Positions 37,295-50,800 of a DNA stretch of 64,000 bases are shown piece by piece. The notes under the pieces were generated by a model that was not told the DNA's origin, made no database searches, and saw only the letters and a program-made list of their open reading frames with translations. This stretch comes from Raillietiella orientalis (lineage: Eukaryota): positions 1,116,001 to 1,180,000 of the forward strand of contig JAYWIR010000014.1 in the NCBI GenBank assembly GCA_036172245.1, given 5' to 3'. Positions within the stretch are counted from its first letter, which is position 1. Each line of letters starts with the position of its first letter. Both the position numbers and the translations under genes were made by a program.

Positions 37295-40200
37295 AACATT
37301 TGCAGTCCTCTCCGGGAACTCCGGTAGGCTCTCAGAAGCTACCGAAAGCAGGAGACGGGGCGAGAAGCTATAATTTTATCTCTTCTTTCCCTTATTTATT
37401 CATCTTGATTTACCAACCGCTCCTCTCAACCCTCCAGGCATTTCTGCGAAGCCGAATTGCGAGTTCCCTTCTCCTGAGCTCCAGAGTCCCGTGGTAGGAA
37501 CTTTCTGCTTCGTGCTCATCTTCCTGGAAAATAGACGCCATGGCCAGGTAGCAGCCAGGCCAACGCTCCTGGTCGCTGCATTCCGGGTTCACGTACGAGG
37601 GGAGACAAAAGGACCCCAGGTATCCGGCAGCGCAGTGATCCTCTCTTGAGTCGCTGCCTAAACCGCTCTGCTTCCGACTCCTCTGAGAAGATTTCTCTTC
37701 TTCCGACGGCCCTCCAGTGCCCAAGAAGCCTTCCTCGTGAGACGAAGAGTCTTCCACGAGGATGGCAAAAAAAAAAAAATCAAAGATATTCACTCTCCCC
37801 AAGGTGCAAAGAACAGAAGCTGAACGCTGGGTCTTAGGCGCCGCTTATCGCTGTCTTCTGGACAGGATTCTTCACAGTCGCTCTCGCAGAAAACCTCCCT
37901 TAATCGAGCGGTTGTGGACCTCTCTCTCCGAGATGTAAGGGGCGAGCGGCGTCCTCACCGCCCGCCGAAAGACTTCATCCATCAGCCAGACGAGGATCCA
38001 TCTCGTTCTCTACAGAGAAGCTCCCGCGGTCTCCAGGCATCGACCCAGGCTCCCGCGAGGCCGGCATCTCTTCATTTCTTCCCGCACGGCTGGCGAAGTC
38101 GGCGGATCCTCAGAGAGAGAGGTCAGTCTGGATGCGAGGGGCGTGGAGCGTGGATGGCCAGAAAGGCTTCCTGTGGCTCATCCGGGAGGATGAGAGGGAA
38201 GAGGAAGAGCAGGTGGAGAGAAAGGAGGAATAGGAGGAGGAGAATCTTTCTCCTTTTTGGGAAGAGCGACCGTGCAAGCTTCTCCTTTCTCTCTCCTGGG
38301 CCAATCCCTTCGCCCTTGAAGGAGTCCAAAGTCTCTAAGGAGCTCCAACACTCCCCTCTTCCCTTCCCCCTTTCGAGGTTCTTGTGTTGGCTTGAGAGGG
38401 GAAGAGAGGGAGGAGAGAAGAGGGAGGACCGCAGGTCTCTGCTTCGAAGTGTGCGCACGCGTGCGGGATGCATACATGGGGAGGGGAAGTGGAGGGTCGG
38501 TCAGCCGCGGCAGGCTGCGAGAAATGCTCAGCGACTTTTCCTGTGCGGAAGGTGGTGATTCGACTGTCTTCCAATGAGCATGGGGCAATAGAGCGCATCC
38601 TCCTTTTCGGCAGCTTGCCCCCCGTCCCCCTTTCTCCTCCCTCTGTCACCTCCTCCATGCCCTTTTCCTCCTGCTGGAAAGTGCGCTTGGGGAGGAAACC
38701 TCTTCCACTTCCGGAAGAACGACTGCTCTAGAAGAGGGGCCTCTTTTCCTCCTTTGGGCAGCAGGACCACCGCCGACCGCTCGTCGCCGTGGATCGGGAC
38801 ACGCACCTGCCTCGGCGAGGCTGCCTCTAGAAACGGAAGACCCATGGCAGCGCCGCCGCCGCCGTCGCCTCCTCTCGATCTTCGAGGCCCCTCTCTCCTC
38901 TGTGTGATGACGCCGCGCGCCACTCCGGGAGAGGAGAGAGAGTGCGCGTTCCCCGCGAGCGAGGAGGCGAGGGGAGGAAAAGGAAAGGAGAGCGACGCCG
39001 GATCCAAGGACGCCTCGCGTCTTGGCTTCAGTGACCCTCGAACACTTGGAAGGATTTCGTCCCTTTGGAGCGCCCCAGGACCTCCTTTGGTCCGGCGCGA
39101 ATGTGGGGGTCGCTTTCTTCGGAGGGAAGCCTGGAGACGCGTTGTCTCCTGGGTTTCCGACATCACTCCGTGTCGTCCAACCGAGCGCTCAAGACGACAG
39201 GTGGATGCGTGCCCGCTTGCGACTGCAGGTCTCAAGCGCGCGCGCGACCGACGGCGGAGAAAAGTCTGAGTTGACGAGGAGAGGCGCACGTCGAACTTTC
39301 TCCTCCAGGCGCCGATGCGCCCTCATCTCTCCGCTCGCCTTTTGTCTGCCGGCAGAGGCGACTCCGCGCGCGTAACGCGGACGAAAGGGACGCAAGAAAA
39401 CGCGGCGCGGACGGATATGCGTAAGACAGGTGGAGAGGGGGAAGTCTCTGCTCTTCGGCGGTGCTCATGGGAGGAGGAAGGAATGGCGGCCCGCTGCCTC
39501 CCTCCGTGAGCAAACCTGCTCACGGAGATGCCTCTGTAAACCTTCCCGAGTTCAGGATTTTCTCCTGCCGAATCTTCCCGCCACTTCTGGCTTCCTGGCT
39601 GGAATCGTGGGATCCCGGTAGACTGTTTTCGTCTTGGACTCATCAGACGAGGGTCTTTCAGGAGCTTTCAGGAAGATCTCACTTCTAGGCATCCAGAAAC
39701 CAATGGATCAAGGTCCAAGATAGCCTCTGGATGGGTTGCATCGAGCATGGAGGACTGAAAGAGGAGGAAGGAAAAGAGACGGTGGAGCACTGTTGATCTC
39801 GGAAGCCACGAGCTTCACGGTTCGTCTCTCAGGGACCGAAAGGGAAAAAAGTTTTTTTCTTCCCAGAAGCTCCGTGACTCCATGGGGATGGAACGTAAGG
39901 CCAAAAATCCCTGCTCTTGAAGGGCGATCCAGGAGGAGAGATCTCGTGGCAGCTCTGCCTGAACCTGCTAAAGCAAAGGGCAAATTACCCGCTTGCCGAC
40001 AGCTTCGCAAAGGGGATGGAGTCCGGATGTTCAGTCACTCCCCTCGAAGAAGGACCCACGCTTCTTGCTTCGTTCTTTTCTCTTCGTTCTTCGTTCGGTT
40101 CTGGGCATGAGGCAAGCAACTTCCTCAGCTGCAAAGCTGCAGAGCATCTGGTGGAAGATTCGCGGCAGTCCGGAGAGTGCAGAAGTGCTCCTTGCCCTTG

Positions 40201-43200
40201 AGGAAGTTCTTTCCGAGTAAAGTGATCCCTCCCTCCATTCGGCTACTGGACTTGCCTAGCTAAGGTTCTCTGTCTCCAGGCTGAGTGGACATCCGACCCT
40301 TCATCCCGTGATCTTTGGAGACGACGCGAACGCTTCCTTCCCATCCGCTGCCTTCGTTTCCAAATCGATCCAGTTTTTTCGTTTCCCCTTCCTTCCTTTC
40401 GACACCAGGACTTAGCGACCTTCCTCCAAGTGAAAGACCTCTCTGCTTTCCGTGCACCGGCTTCAGCGAAGAAATCTTTCGGCGGCGAGATTCGTCATGC
40501 GCAGGGTCACAACAAAGTCGCTGGGGCAGTCTCAACGAGCCGCCTTCACCTAGAAGACCGCATCGTGACCTTGCCAGTGCAGATGGCACATGTGCACCTC
40601 GCGTGGGGAGCGTTCAGGACCGCGCAGGACGCGTGCGATGGAGGAAAGGGCCGGCGAGGGAAAGGGCAGAACGGTACGCACCCGTTTGAACAGTCGGAAG
40701 GTGTGCACCCTTCGCACCTGAGGATTCAAGAGGCTCGTTGACGAGGAAAATGTGCGAAGGTCATTCCGTTTTGTCTGGAAACGGCCCTTCGGAAGATCAG
40801 CACCTCCAGCATGTTTCAATTCGTCCTTTGAAGTTCATCCCAGCTTCCTGTAGGTGTCCTTCCCCTCTCTATCTTGAGCGGCCGACCTGACTTTTTCGTT
40901 CCAGTGCAACGAACCGTCATAAGAAGTCAGCTTCTTATCCTGGAGATCCTGGAGATGCTGAGCTCATGACCTGCCAGGATTCTAATGCTTTTCTTTTCTT
41001 CCTCCTATTGCACGAGTTGCCTTCCGCCCAGTCCAGCAGCTCGCTTTGCTGATGCAGTCCGAAGTCCACTAGTGGTCTTTCCCACATTGCTTCAGCCTCA
41101 TCTCCTCATGAAGCAGAATGTGGAAGAAGAAGGGGTAAACCGAAGCGTGCAGGGAAAGATGAACAGAAAAGAGGAAGCAGAATTCCAGTGGAGTTCAGTT
41201 TCTTTCTTCATGTTCTAGCTTCGTTCTTCCGGGAAGAATGGCAGAATGCCATTCTTCCCGGAATAAAAACTCCAGTTTTTCTCTTGGGATGCTCCTGATT
41301 AGCACGTGGTGTGTTCGCCTCGAGACCGGTTCGCCAGCAGATGCTTCTGTAGAGAGCTTATCTTCTTATTCTCTTGGTTTTAGGACGTGGAATCGATCAG
41401 TGTCGTGTCGTTATCTGAAGACGGGCCAACCGAGAGAAGCCAAACCGTCGGACAAGTTCTGAAGGGAAGAACACACTCACACGGGGGGGGGCTGACGAGC
41501 GTTTTGTTTTCTTTCGACGGACGCCTGTGGCTCGCAGACCAATACCACCGTCCTCGCGAACTGCACTCAAATCAGGCGATCCCCATTCCTGCGTAACTCG
41601 AGATGCAAAGGAGGAGAAGGAGGGACCAGGTGCTGCTTGTATGATCCAGGCGAATCTGTAGTCCCACTTCCTGAGCTCGGTGAGACACGCCCTCGTAATC
41701 TTCCGTTCGCAATGGGGCGCCTGCTCGACGCTCCTGCATCCGTGCCACAGACCACAGTTCTCTCTGTGACGTCCTCATTGCCTCGAAAGGCACGCGGTAA
41801 GACGAAGACGGGACGTCAGACGGGAAACCGCCTTCCTTCCATTCTACCTGAGAAACAAAGAATGATTCTCCGTCTCCCGTAACGTTTGCTCTAAGCTCTT
41901 CCTCAGGTACATTTCTGTCTTCCGCCTTGTGGTCGGTAAAATCTGATCGCTGCTGCTTGGTTGCATCCACACCCCTAAGTATCTGATGCTGATTTTCAGC
42001 GCCTCTTTTGGAAGGTTTTGGCATATTGGGAGGTGTCCTAAAATTGTCTCATGATTGCTTCCAACGGATCTCTAGTGGAGGCATGCCAATCTCCCTCGTA
42101 AGATATTTGTTTGCGCAAAAGGCATTCACAGCTGCAGATGCTCTTCCCCCACTGTGTCAAGTCCACATCCATATGAGAGATGGGAGACGACCAGAAACTC
42201 CGTATCACTGACCCAAAGGAGGAAGCAAACCTAATGGTTCTCCAAACAATGAAAGATCTTGCAGCAGCAGACTCGGAGTGTTCCTCGAGGGTAGAGTGAA
42301 GCGCGCGAATTCTTCCCCGCCCTGCTGACTTTCGAGATAAGAGATGCGATTTGAAGAGAAGCCCTCTGAGATGGAAGACGGTGCTTACGTAGCAGCATCC
42401 TTATAGTATTAAGAAATGTCCAGTAGTGCCTTCCGAATACAAATTCGCCAAATCATTCCACGGGGTGAGAGCATCCAACTGTTTTATCAACTGTCACACT
42501 CCTTGTAAACACATCATTCAAAGATCCCCCCCCTCCCCCTGTTTCCGAAAGGGAAAAGTGCCGCCGCCGAGCACGCTTTACTAATCATTTCGCCTCATCT
42601 GTCGAGTTACTGGTGTCTGCTCTTGTCCATACGATGCGGCCTCTGGGACAGCTCCAATTTTACGTCTGCGGAGGCCGGCGTCATTAGAAAGGACGTGACG
42701 AGGAATGCATCATTCCTTCCTTCTCGCTCTCGGAGCACTCGAATGTAGCGCAATGCTTCTACGATGAGCATGCGACAACTCAGCCCTACACGGGTTCGGA
42801 TGGGGCGAATGCCAGTCCCCTGATCGTCGGAGTCTCTTTGTTTCGACCCTTGATCCTCCGCTTCTCTAGTAGAGATTTTCTGCTTTGCAGTTTGTTGATG
42901 CGCACTAACGACCGATGCTCCGCGTCTGCTGCGCTCGCTTCCTGACATTCTGCAGCCTTTCCAGTATGCCCCTTTCCGATCAAACCTTCCAAACGCTCCA
43001 CAGTTCAGCCTTCCTTGGGCTGTCCTCCTCCGTTGATTCGCGAGGAGAAGGAGGAGGGCGGGAGGCACGCCAAGGGTCGCCAAGGCCTTGCTCCTTCCTC
43101 CCCCCCGTCCCGTCCTCATGTGTGCTCCATTTGAGCTTGTGGATGTTCCTGATGGCCAATTCCCTGATGCTGTCTGTATGGATGAGATAAGAATGCATTG

Positions 43201-46200
43201 GTTGACGACAGACGGATGCTGGTGTTTACTTCGCATGGAGTGGTCCAACACCTTTCAATCTTAGAGCATCGTAATTGGAAGATATCAGTTCTAGCTAACT
43301 ATGCTGTACTACTCTTTGAGATTTCCAATTTGTATCGACTTCTGCTTTTTATTTCCCATCTGATAAATGCAACTTCAGCTACCATTTCTTTTCCATCAGA
43401 ACATACTGTTTTGGAGGTCATCATGTGCTGAGAGAGAAGAGGAAAAGATGAAAGTGTTCTGCGAGACGTCTAGACTCCGTCATCAATCTTTCAAACTCAC
43501 CCATGGCGAGATCTGCTGTACCGTCCCCCACTGATCTCGGACACTTGTAGAGAAGGAAGACGAGCACAATCCGGACTCTGGAAACCCGGAGGCAGGTCCA
43601 GGATCACGAAACTGCTCCCAAACACATCATCACCACTGACAGAGCAATAGCAGCACAGAAGAGTCCCGTTGAAAGTCCACTGATTTCCAAATCCAACAGT
43701 CTAATTTGGATAGTATGGCTGAGTTATCCATCACCGACCTCATTTCTCTTTCAGTATAATACCACCATCCCGAGAGCTACAACAGAAGTGCACAACAAGG
43801 TGTGACTATAATATATTTTCTACATTGTCATCAAACACTGTTGCGCCTTCTGGATCTTCATCTCATGTCTCGTTTCCTACGGGTTCCTGCCTCGTCAAGT
43901 TGGGAATTTAAAAAGAAATGCAAATTACAACATCCCCAGCCTCGTTGAGGCTTCAAATCTTCAGAGAAGTGGGACGGTTTCTGAGTTTTCCGATGAAAAA
44001 AATGCCTGATCGAGTGAAGAGCCTGCCGCATCTCTCCTTTCTTTCGTGTAACAAAGAGAAGAGGCAAACGGGAACTTTTTTGCGGCTTTCATTCTACGTG
44101 ACTCACCTACAGAAAGGGGACAGTACGTCCCTTCTGACTGGCCCACCAAGTGGGCTACCACTTGGTGGGTCAATGTCTTTCTCCCTGTTGCCTGTCCCCT
44201 AGCCACTCTTCTCCGTTTATCAAACCCGCCATCCACAAGCTCCTGGATCCAAGAAACGTGCTGCTAAAGAGAAGTTTGAGCTAGGTAGGTCGAACTAAGA
44301 GCCTCTGTCCGGGAACTTCCGCCATCTCTTTTTTTTCCCCTCGTAGCCTCCTTCCCTTTCTGCTACCGTTCCTTGTCCCATTGGAAGCCGAATAAAGGAA
44401 ACCTGCAATTCTCTTCCTCGAGATTCTTCAGCACGAAAATCCCTTTCTAGTCTCAGAACAATGCGATCTTCATTGGTAAAGACGCCCAATGCTTGCTCTT
44501 CTGATTCTGAGACCGAGAAACCATGATGCTCTCTCAGGGCGCTGACCATTTCGTCCTGCACTTCCTTATAGTTCGCTTCCAGAAGCATCGATTAAGAACA
44601 GAGCTTCTTAACTGGAAGCTGACAGGGGATCGCGATTTTCCCTTTTTCTCCTTTCTCTCTCCTTCATTCCCACGAGGAACACGCGGAGAAATGAGAACTG
44701 CAGTTTCCTTCAGACTCCAGTAACGAGCCGAAGACCAACGAGAAATTTAACCGACGGTTCTTTGGCAACCTCGCGAAGGCATCGGCATCCCGATTTGTCA
44801 CGAAGGCAGTTGAAGTCCCTCCGCTCGGAACTGATCTTCGAGGTGCAGTCGCGCGGCTTAATTTTCCGAGGGTCACGCAGCTTCCCGAAGCGGGTATCCT
44901 CCTTGAATGGGCTGGAGGCGCATTTTATCGCGGCGAATTCCGTTGTGGCTCCCCCAGCGTCAAACCTGTTTGGCGACAACAGCGACCCGCATCTCCTGCT
45001 CTAGCTCCAGAGATCCCAGCAACAATGCCTCGTGCTCTAGTGACGGCGTAGCTCTCCACAGGGTGTCTCCTCCAGCTTGGATTCCTCTCGTAAAATCGCA
45101 AGGTAACAGCCACGAGAAACGGGCAGGTGGATGTACCGCATGCGAACGGACCAGGTGGAGAGAAAGGAGCATCTCAGGAATCGCGTTGTGAACGCACGTT
45201 GGCTCCAGAGTTGCGATGGAGATGGGCTGGCTGTTTTTTGCCTTATTCCATTTTCTGAAAGAGGGAACCCCTGAAGGAAAAAGAAAAAAAGAAAATTGGG
45301 AACGAGCAGCGTACGAAGTTTTTGGAAGCGACTCTTGCCGAGGACCGCCTGCTCAGAGTCAGCGATTGCTTTCGATTTGCTCCGCAGCCCGCCAGCTCCA
45401 TAATTGGAAAGGCGCGTTCCCAGTTCGAATTTCCGAGTGACGCCGTGTATGTAGGATATGTCCTTCTTGATACGAGTCGTCGCGGCACAACACGATTCCT
45501 CTCGCAGCATCCACGAGTTATCTTTCCTGCAGCCCGGAAAGATTGTCGGGAGTTTATTAAATGCCACTTTGCACTCCTAACTGCGAAAGACTTCCAGAAT
45601 GTCCCAGCTGTGTAAGAGTTCATCTTCTCCAGTTCCTCCTTCTTTCAAAGATTCTCTCAGCTGATGGAAAAAAAAAAAAGGAAAATCTAAAATTAAAGCG
45701 AAAAAAGAAAAAGAAGAAGAGAAGAGAAAGACAGGAAAGAGCGCTGCTGAATTTGCACTCCTGTGAGGCTTCTTGCTTTCCCGTTCTTCCGGCTTCGAGG
45801 GACGATGCTGCCATCAACTTTCAGAATCGTTCCATATTTCACTCAGCCTCCAAACTTCATTCTCTCCATGGTACAAAGATTAACTAATTCGGCTCCGATC
45901 TAGTCCAAGGCGTCGATTGCCACCTACTGCCTGGCCATTAGCCGCTGCTTCCCCCGAATTCGAATTACAGGAAGGTTCCCGCGCGGAGTTCTTGCTACCA
46001 CGTTAATTGAGAATCTGTTCCTCAGGGTTCGCCTTCTCCGTCTTTTTCCAACCTAGTTCCGTTCCCAAAGAGTTCAATCATCAAAGAGCAATTAAGTGAG
46101 CTGTCAAAACTCTTAAAGGGGCGGAAAAGAAAAAAAAAAGATTCCCTCCTCCCATCAGCAACGACGGGAGGCAAACAAAACAGAGTCGCAAGGCAATGAG

Positions 46201-47058
46201 ACATCAGAGTCTCCCCGATGGACAGGGGTGATAAGGAGAGTCAGGAAAAAGGTACAGACTTGACCTGGCGGCAAAGTTCAGCGTGGTTCATGCAATCCGA
46301 CCACGAGTGAGAACCTGCGAGTGTGCGCATGGAGCGCCCTCTCTCCGGAAGGAGGGACTGCAGTGAGAATACCAGGTCCTTGGAACTTAGAGGCGCTCTG
46401 ATGAACTTCATCCGGCCTTCCCGGGAAGGAGATTCTGTCCGAGTTTCCCGCCTCGTCTTTATTTTATTTTCCAGATTTCCCTCGCGGCTATGTTCACAGC
46501 GAACCAGTGCGGGTGACGCAACCACTGTTCAGCGCCTTCCTGGTCGCCGCCTGTGGCGCCGCGCTCCCTTGAGTTTGGCCGCTGCCGCTCCAAGGCAGAT
46601 GAAGACCTTGCACAAGAACGTTGGAAGCCGCATCTCTCAAAAAGGAAAGCTCTGCTCCTCGGAGGCTGGAGGATAGTTGAAAATCCTTAGATGGTTCGTG
46701 GTCCAGATGCTCCATCCGGCTGCTTGCAGATAACCTATGGTTCCTCGGTTGGTGTGCAGCTTCCTTCCTCACCCTCGTTCGGTTTATATGGAGGGTGGAA
46801 AAGAGTTTGTTTCTAGTCCAGCCGTCAGCTGATCCGCGCGAAAAGCTGCCTCCCCCCCTCACTGCGCTTCGGTGCGTTTCCGGATGTGCACTTCGGAGTC
46901 TCTGCGTGCTGAGCAGATCGTCAGAAGACCACCGGAGTTCAGGGGCAGAAAAAAAAAAAAATAATAATAATAATAAAAGAAAGAAAAGAAAACGAGAAAA
47001 GGAAAAACCCGTGGAACTGGCGACGTTCGAAGCTTCCCGAAAAATGCAGAACCCTCTC

Positions 47059-47823
47059 ATCCTAAATTGCCGGGCTATCTACTTAAAATGCGTAAATAAA
47101 AATTTATATAGTTATAGAGGACCGACGTGTGCGGGCCTGAAACCAAAGGGACTACCTTCGACGGGGATGGGAGTAAGCGGGAGTGGCAGGCAGGAGAGGG
47201 AGTGTCGATCGATGAATAGGCAACGAGATGGACCGGCCTCAGGGTGCCGAACAAGATTCCCGAGGGCATGCGTCGGGAAGGGAAAGGGTACAGGGAGAGA
47301 AGTGCGTTCACCGGTGCTCACAATCGTCGAACGGTTCCTCTGCTATCCTGGGTTCGGCCGTTTCATCGCCCTCCGCTTGCGGGCGACACCGATCGCAAGC
47401 GACTTCCCGGGTTGCCACTCTTCCTCCGTCTTGGCGCTCACGTGGCAGCAACTACGAGCGAGGGGGCGATGGGCGAGACTGGAAAGGTGAACTCTTCTTG
47501 AGGCAGGTCTGCCGGGCAGCATCCGATCATCGAAGTGCCTCTCTGATGGGTTCCCACCCCTGACTCGGCCTTTCTCGTTCGAGGAGCCTGCGCGTCGGAG
47601 CTCCCACTGCCCCACGGTGGATGCACGCCGATGTTTCTCGTCCCGAAGTACTGTCCGTTGCTCCATCAAGGTGACGACCTTCCAGTAGCGCGGAGGAAGG
47701 ACGGAGGAGCCGCCCAGGATTACCGGGAAGATCTCAAAGTTTCTACGGAGAATGACGAGCAGCTGGATCCATCTCTGTGGACCCCGAGTTAGAGCTGTGG
47801 TTAGACCGAGGGAAGGGGCACGT
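47059..47823 (-). repeat. Repeat B, copy 2 (inverted)
   Basis: Partner of 19309-20070. Core 47139-47662 is near-identical, with shared ORF translations and one frameshift. Confidence 0.95.
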
Positions 47824-50800
47824 CAGGGTTGCCTTTGGTTCGCAGTGGTCACACTCCTAGCCGGGTCGTGGTGATGTCCCTCGTTTCGACGGAAGGCCCC
47901 AGTACATCAGCGGCGTGGTACCAACAAACGGGTTGGACCAAAGAGCAAAGCGTCGGCACCGCGAAGTGTGACCGAAGGGGCGACGGAGCTGGAGGACGCG
48001 TGCGAGTATGCACCTCGAGCACGCCCTCCGGCTGCAGGAACCGTGTGTTTCCGCCGCGGCGCAGCGCGGGGAGCATCGCGTCGCGTCGCGAGAGCATGGA
48101 GTACCTGCGACACTTGGGCTAGCTGGGAGGGTGTGACCCCTTTTTGAGTGACGCGGGCAAACTGATTTTGATGGATTTCGAGCGCCGAGCGCTTGCTCCG
48201 GGGTGGGAGGAAGAAGGGAGGGAGGAGGGAAGGGCTGGCGAAATTAGATTGGGGCCTTATCAGCTGCATCTCCGCATTCCTCTTGAGCTCCGAATTTTTC
48301 TTCGAATGCGGAGCGCGATCGGCTGGCCAGGGAACCCTTCGTACTCCCTCTGGGAAACGTCACTCGGCCCGGAATTTATTTTTGCTTTGGCTGGTGGGAA
48401 GCTTGGAGGAACCTGAAGCTCCGGAACCTGTTGCTCCAGTTGAGAGCACTGGATGTTCAGGCATTCCGCCGGGAAGGGGAAGGAGTAGGAGGGATCGAAA
48501 AAAGCCTTATTTTTCCCGGTGAATGTCCGGTGCCTCTTTGCCCTGGAGCTCCCCGGATCTCTGTTTTTCTGATTCCTCCTCGCTTGGCTCGAAGGGGCGA
48601 GCGTGGAAGCGCATTACTCCTCACGGTGGGCAGCAGAAACGCGGCGGAGGGGGGAGAAGCTTGCGCCGCTGCCGTCTCTCGAGGTCTCCCACCCCGTCGG
48701 ACACGAGGGAGAGCGGCGATTAAAAAAAAAAAAAAATGATGCTGCCAATTCCTGCTTCTTCCCGTACCCCTTTCTCGGGATCTCGTGCTTACGGGGCTTC
48801 GCTATCTCGAGTCTCTCAGAGCTCCGCGCGAGCCCGGAAAACATCTCTCCCCCGCAGACGAGGGGTAAACAGCTCCGGGACACTCTTCGGTTTCAGAGTC
48901 TCCTAGCGACGGCGCTGGATGATGAATGAAATTTCTGCACATGTGACTGACGGAATGTTTTTATTTGCGCAATCTGAGACCCTCTCCGCGTATCTCCTTA
49001 TTTAGAGCACAGCGGGATCACTTTTCCGCAGCCATTTATCCGAGCGAAGGATCCTGCGTGAGTGCAGGTGTGCCCTGCTGTTTGTCGGTGCTCTCGGGAG
49101 AAGCAGCTCCGCGCAGCGCGCCCGGCAAGGAATGCAAGGCATTCCCCTTCCTCGCTGCTGCCGCCGCCGTTGGTCCACTCTCTCCCATTCATTCACTCTG
49201 CCGAACGAAATTCCGGTCTTTTGGGGGAGGAGGGGAGGGGGAGAAATAAGGCAAAAATGAAACGAAGGGCGTGTCTTTCCTGTGGGAGTGATCCGTCGGA
49301 TGTCCTCGTTGGGGAGACTATCGGCGGAACAGGCTACGCGCGACCTCCCAGACGCCAGAAAGGGGGAAGCGAAAGCTCTCGTTGGGAGAAAGAAGTACAG
49401 GGAAATCTCGAGTGCTTCGCCAGAGTGCCTGGAGACCATCAGGTGGAAAGCACACACACATGGAGGCGGCTTCTTCGATCTACGAATCTTTCTGGGAAGA
49501 AAATGTTCCCAAAGGATCGAATGGAAAGAGGAAAAGAAAACGGGAACTGTTGATTCCAAATGACGTCGTCCGGAGGAATCGTTGACAAACCAGCTCCGAT
49601 GAGGTCGACTGTGTCCGCGGAACTGGGTCCTGTTCCACCGAAGGGGACTCCGTGAAGAAAGAGGGAATGCATCGGCAGTGGCGGCGGCGAACTCGTTGGG
49701 AAGGCACGTGTTGCCAGTTGTCGACTATTAGTTTAGCAAGAAGCAATGTCGAGGTAAGCGAAGCGAACGCACGAAGCGCTACGCTACAAAAAGAAGGCAG
49801 CCTTTCCTCCTGGAGGACTCTTTCAAAGGTCCATGAGATCCGGAATTTCGCGGGAGTGTCCTCAAGGACCAAGCTCGTCCGTGTGGACTCACTCCGGGCA
49901 CCAGTGGGTCGAAGCACGCTCAAATCTCTCCGCTGCCGTCCACATTATGAACCTGCACTTGGGGAGTGCGCTGGTCAACACTTCAGCCTGAGGGGCGTTT
50001 CCTTTTCTGAGACTAAAAATAGCCACGTTCAAAACTCATCGATCGCTCGCCTCGTTTGAGGTCGCATCCCTCGTCACTTGTGCTTCCGCTCCCACCCACA
50101 CGTGTCCGGGAGCGGCTAGCACGGGGAAATTCTCGAGGCACTGCACTATGTGGTGCCCTCCTTCGACAGGCACTCCTGACGCTCACCGTCCCACCGGCAA
50201 GTGACTTCGGTGCGTCTGCAGGAAGTGCGTGGATGTCCCCAGCACCGTCGCTCAGTTTCAGCGCTTCCGTTCGGCGGTCCCACTCGTTTCATCGGTGGCT
50301 GCGGTCCACTCCGACCGCCGCAGGGTGCATCTCCGTCTGATGTCACCCGTCTTTCTGGGGAGTGACCCGCGTTTTCTCGAGCGGCTCCTTCAAGTGCTCC
50401 TGAAGCTCCAGTAGATGGAACGGCTCGGGCACAGGCAGCGCGGTGGCTCGTCCGCTCTCGGGGAGACTCGAAATCCGAACCGGGGTGCGTTCTCTGACGC
50501 CTCGCTCTGTCTTTGAAGAAGAGGAAGGTATGTAGGGGGAGGGGGGAGGGGTCAAAGAGATGAAGAAGAGGGAAGACGCGAGAGTCAAGCAGAGGTCTCA
50601 GGGTAAAAAGCCGGGTCAGTTGGGGAGTGAGACGTGCTCGCCTCCGCAGATTCTGGTGCAGCACCCTGAGGAGCTTGGGTGAAGATGCGCCACAGTAGCG
50701 TCCTTCGTATTCCAGGAGACCCAGGTGCTGCCGTCCATATGCCAGCAACTTTTTTCTGGTCTGCAGGTTACAACAGCAGAATCTGCCGAACAGGCGGCTG

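Noticed and set aside
44295..44588. 97-aa ORF with protein-like composition (LLEANYKEVQDEMVSALREHH...)
   Set aside because: No recognisable family, an in-frame stop immediately upstream, and no supportable exon chain.
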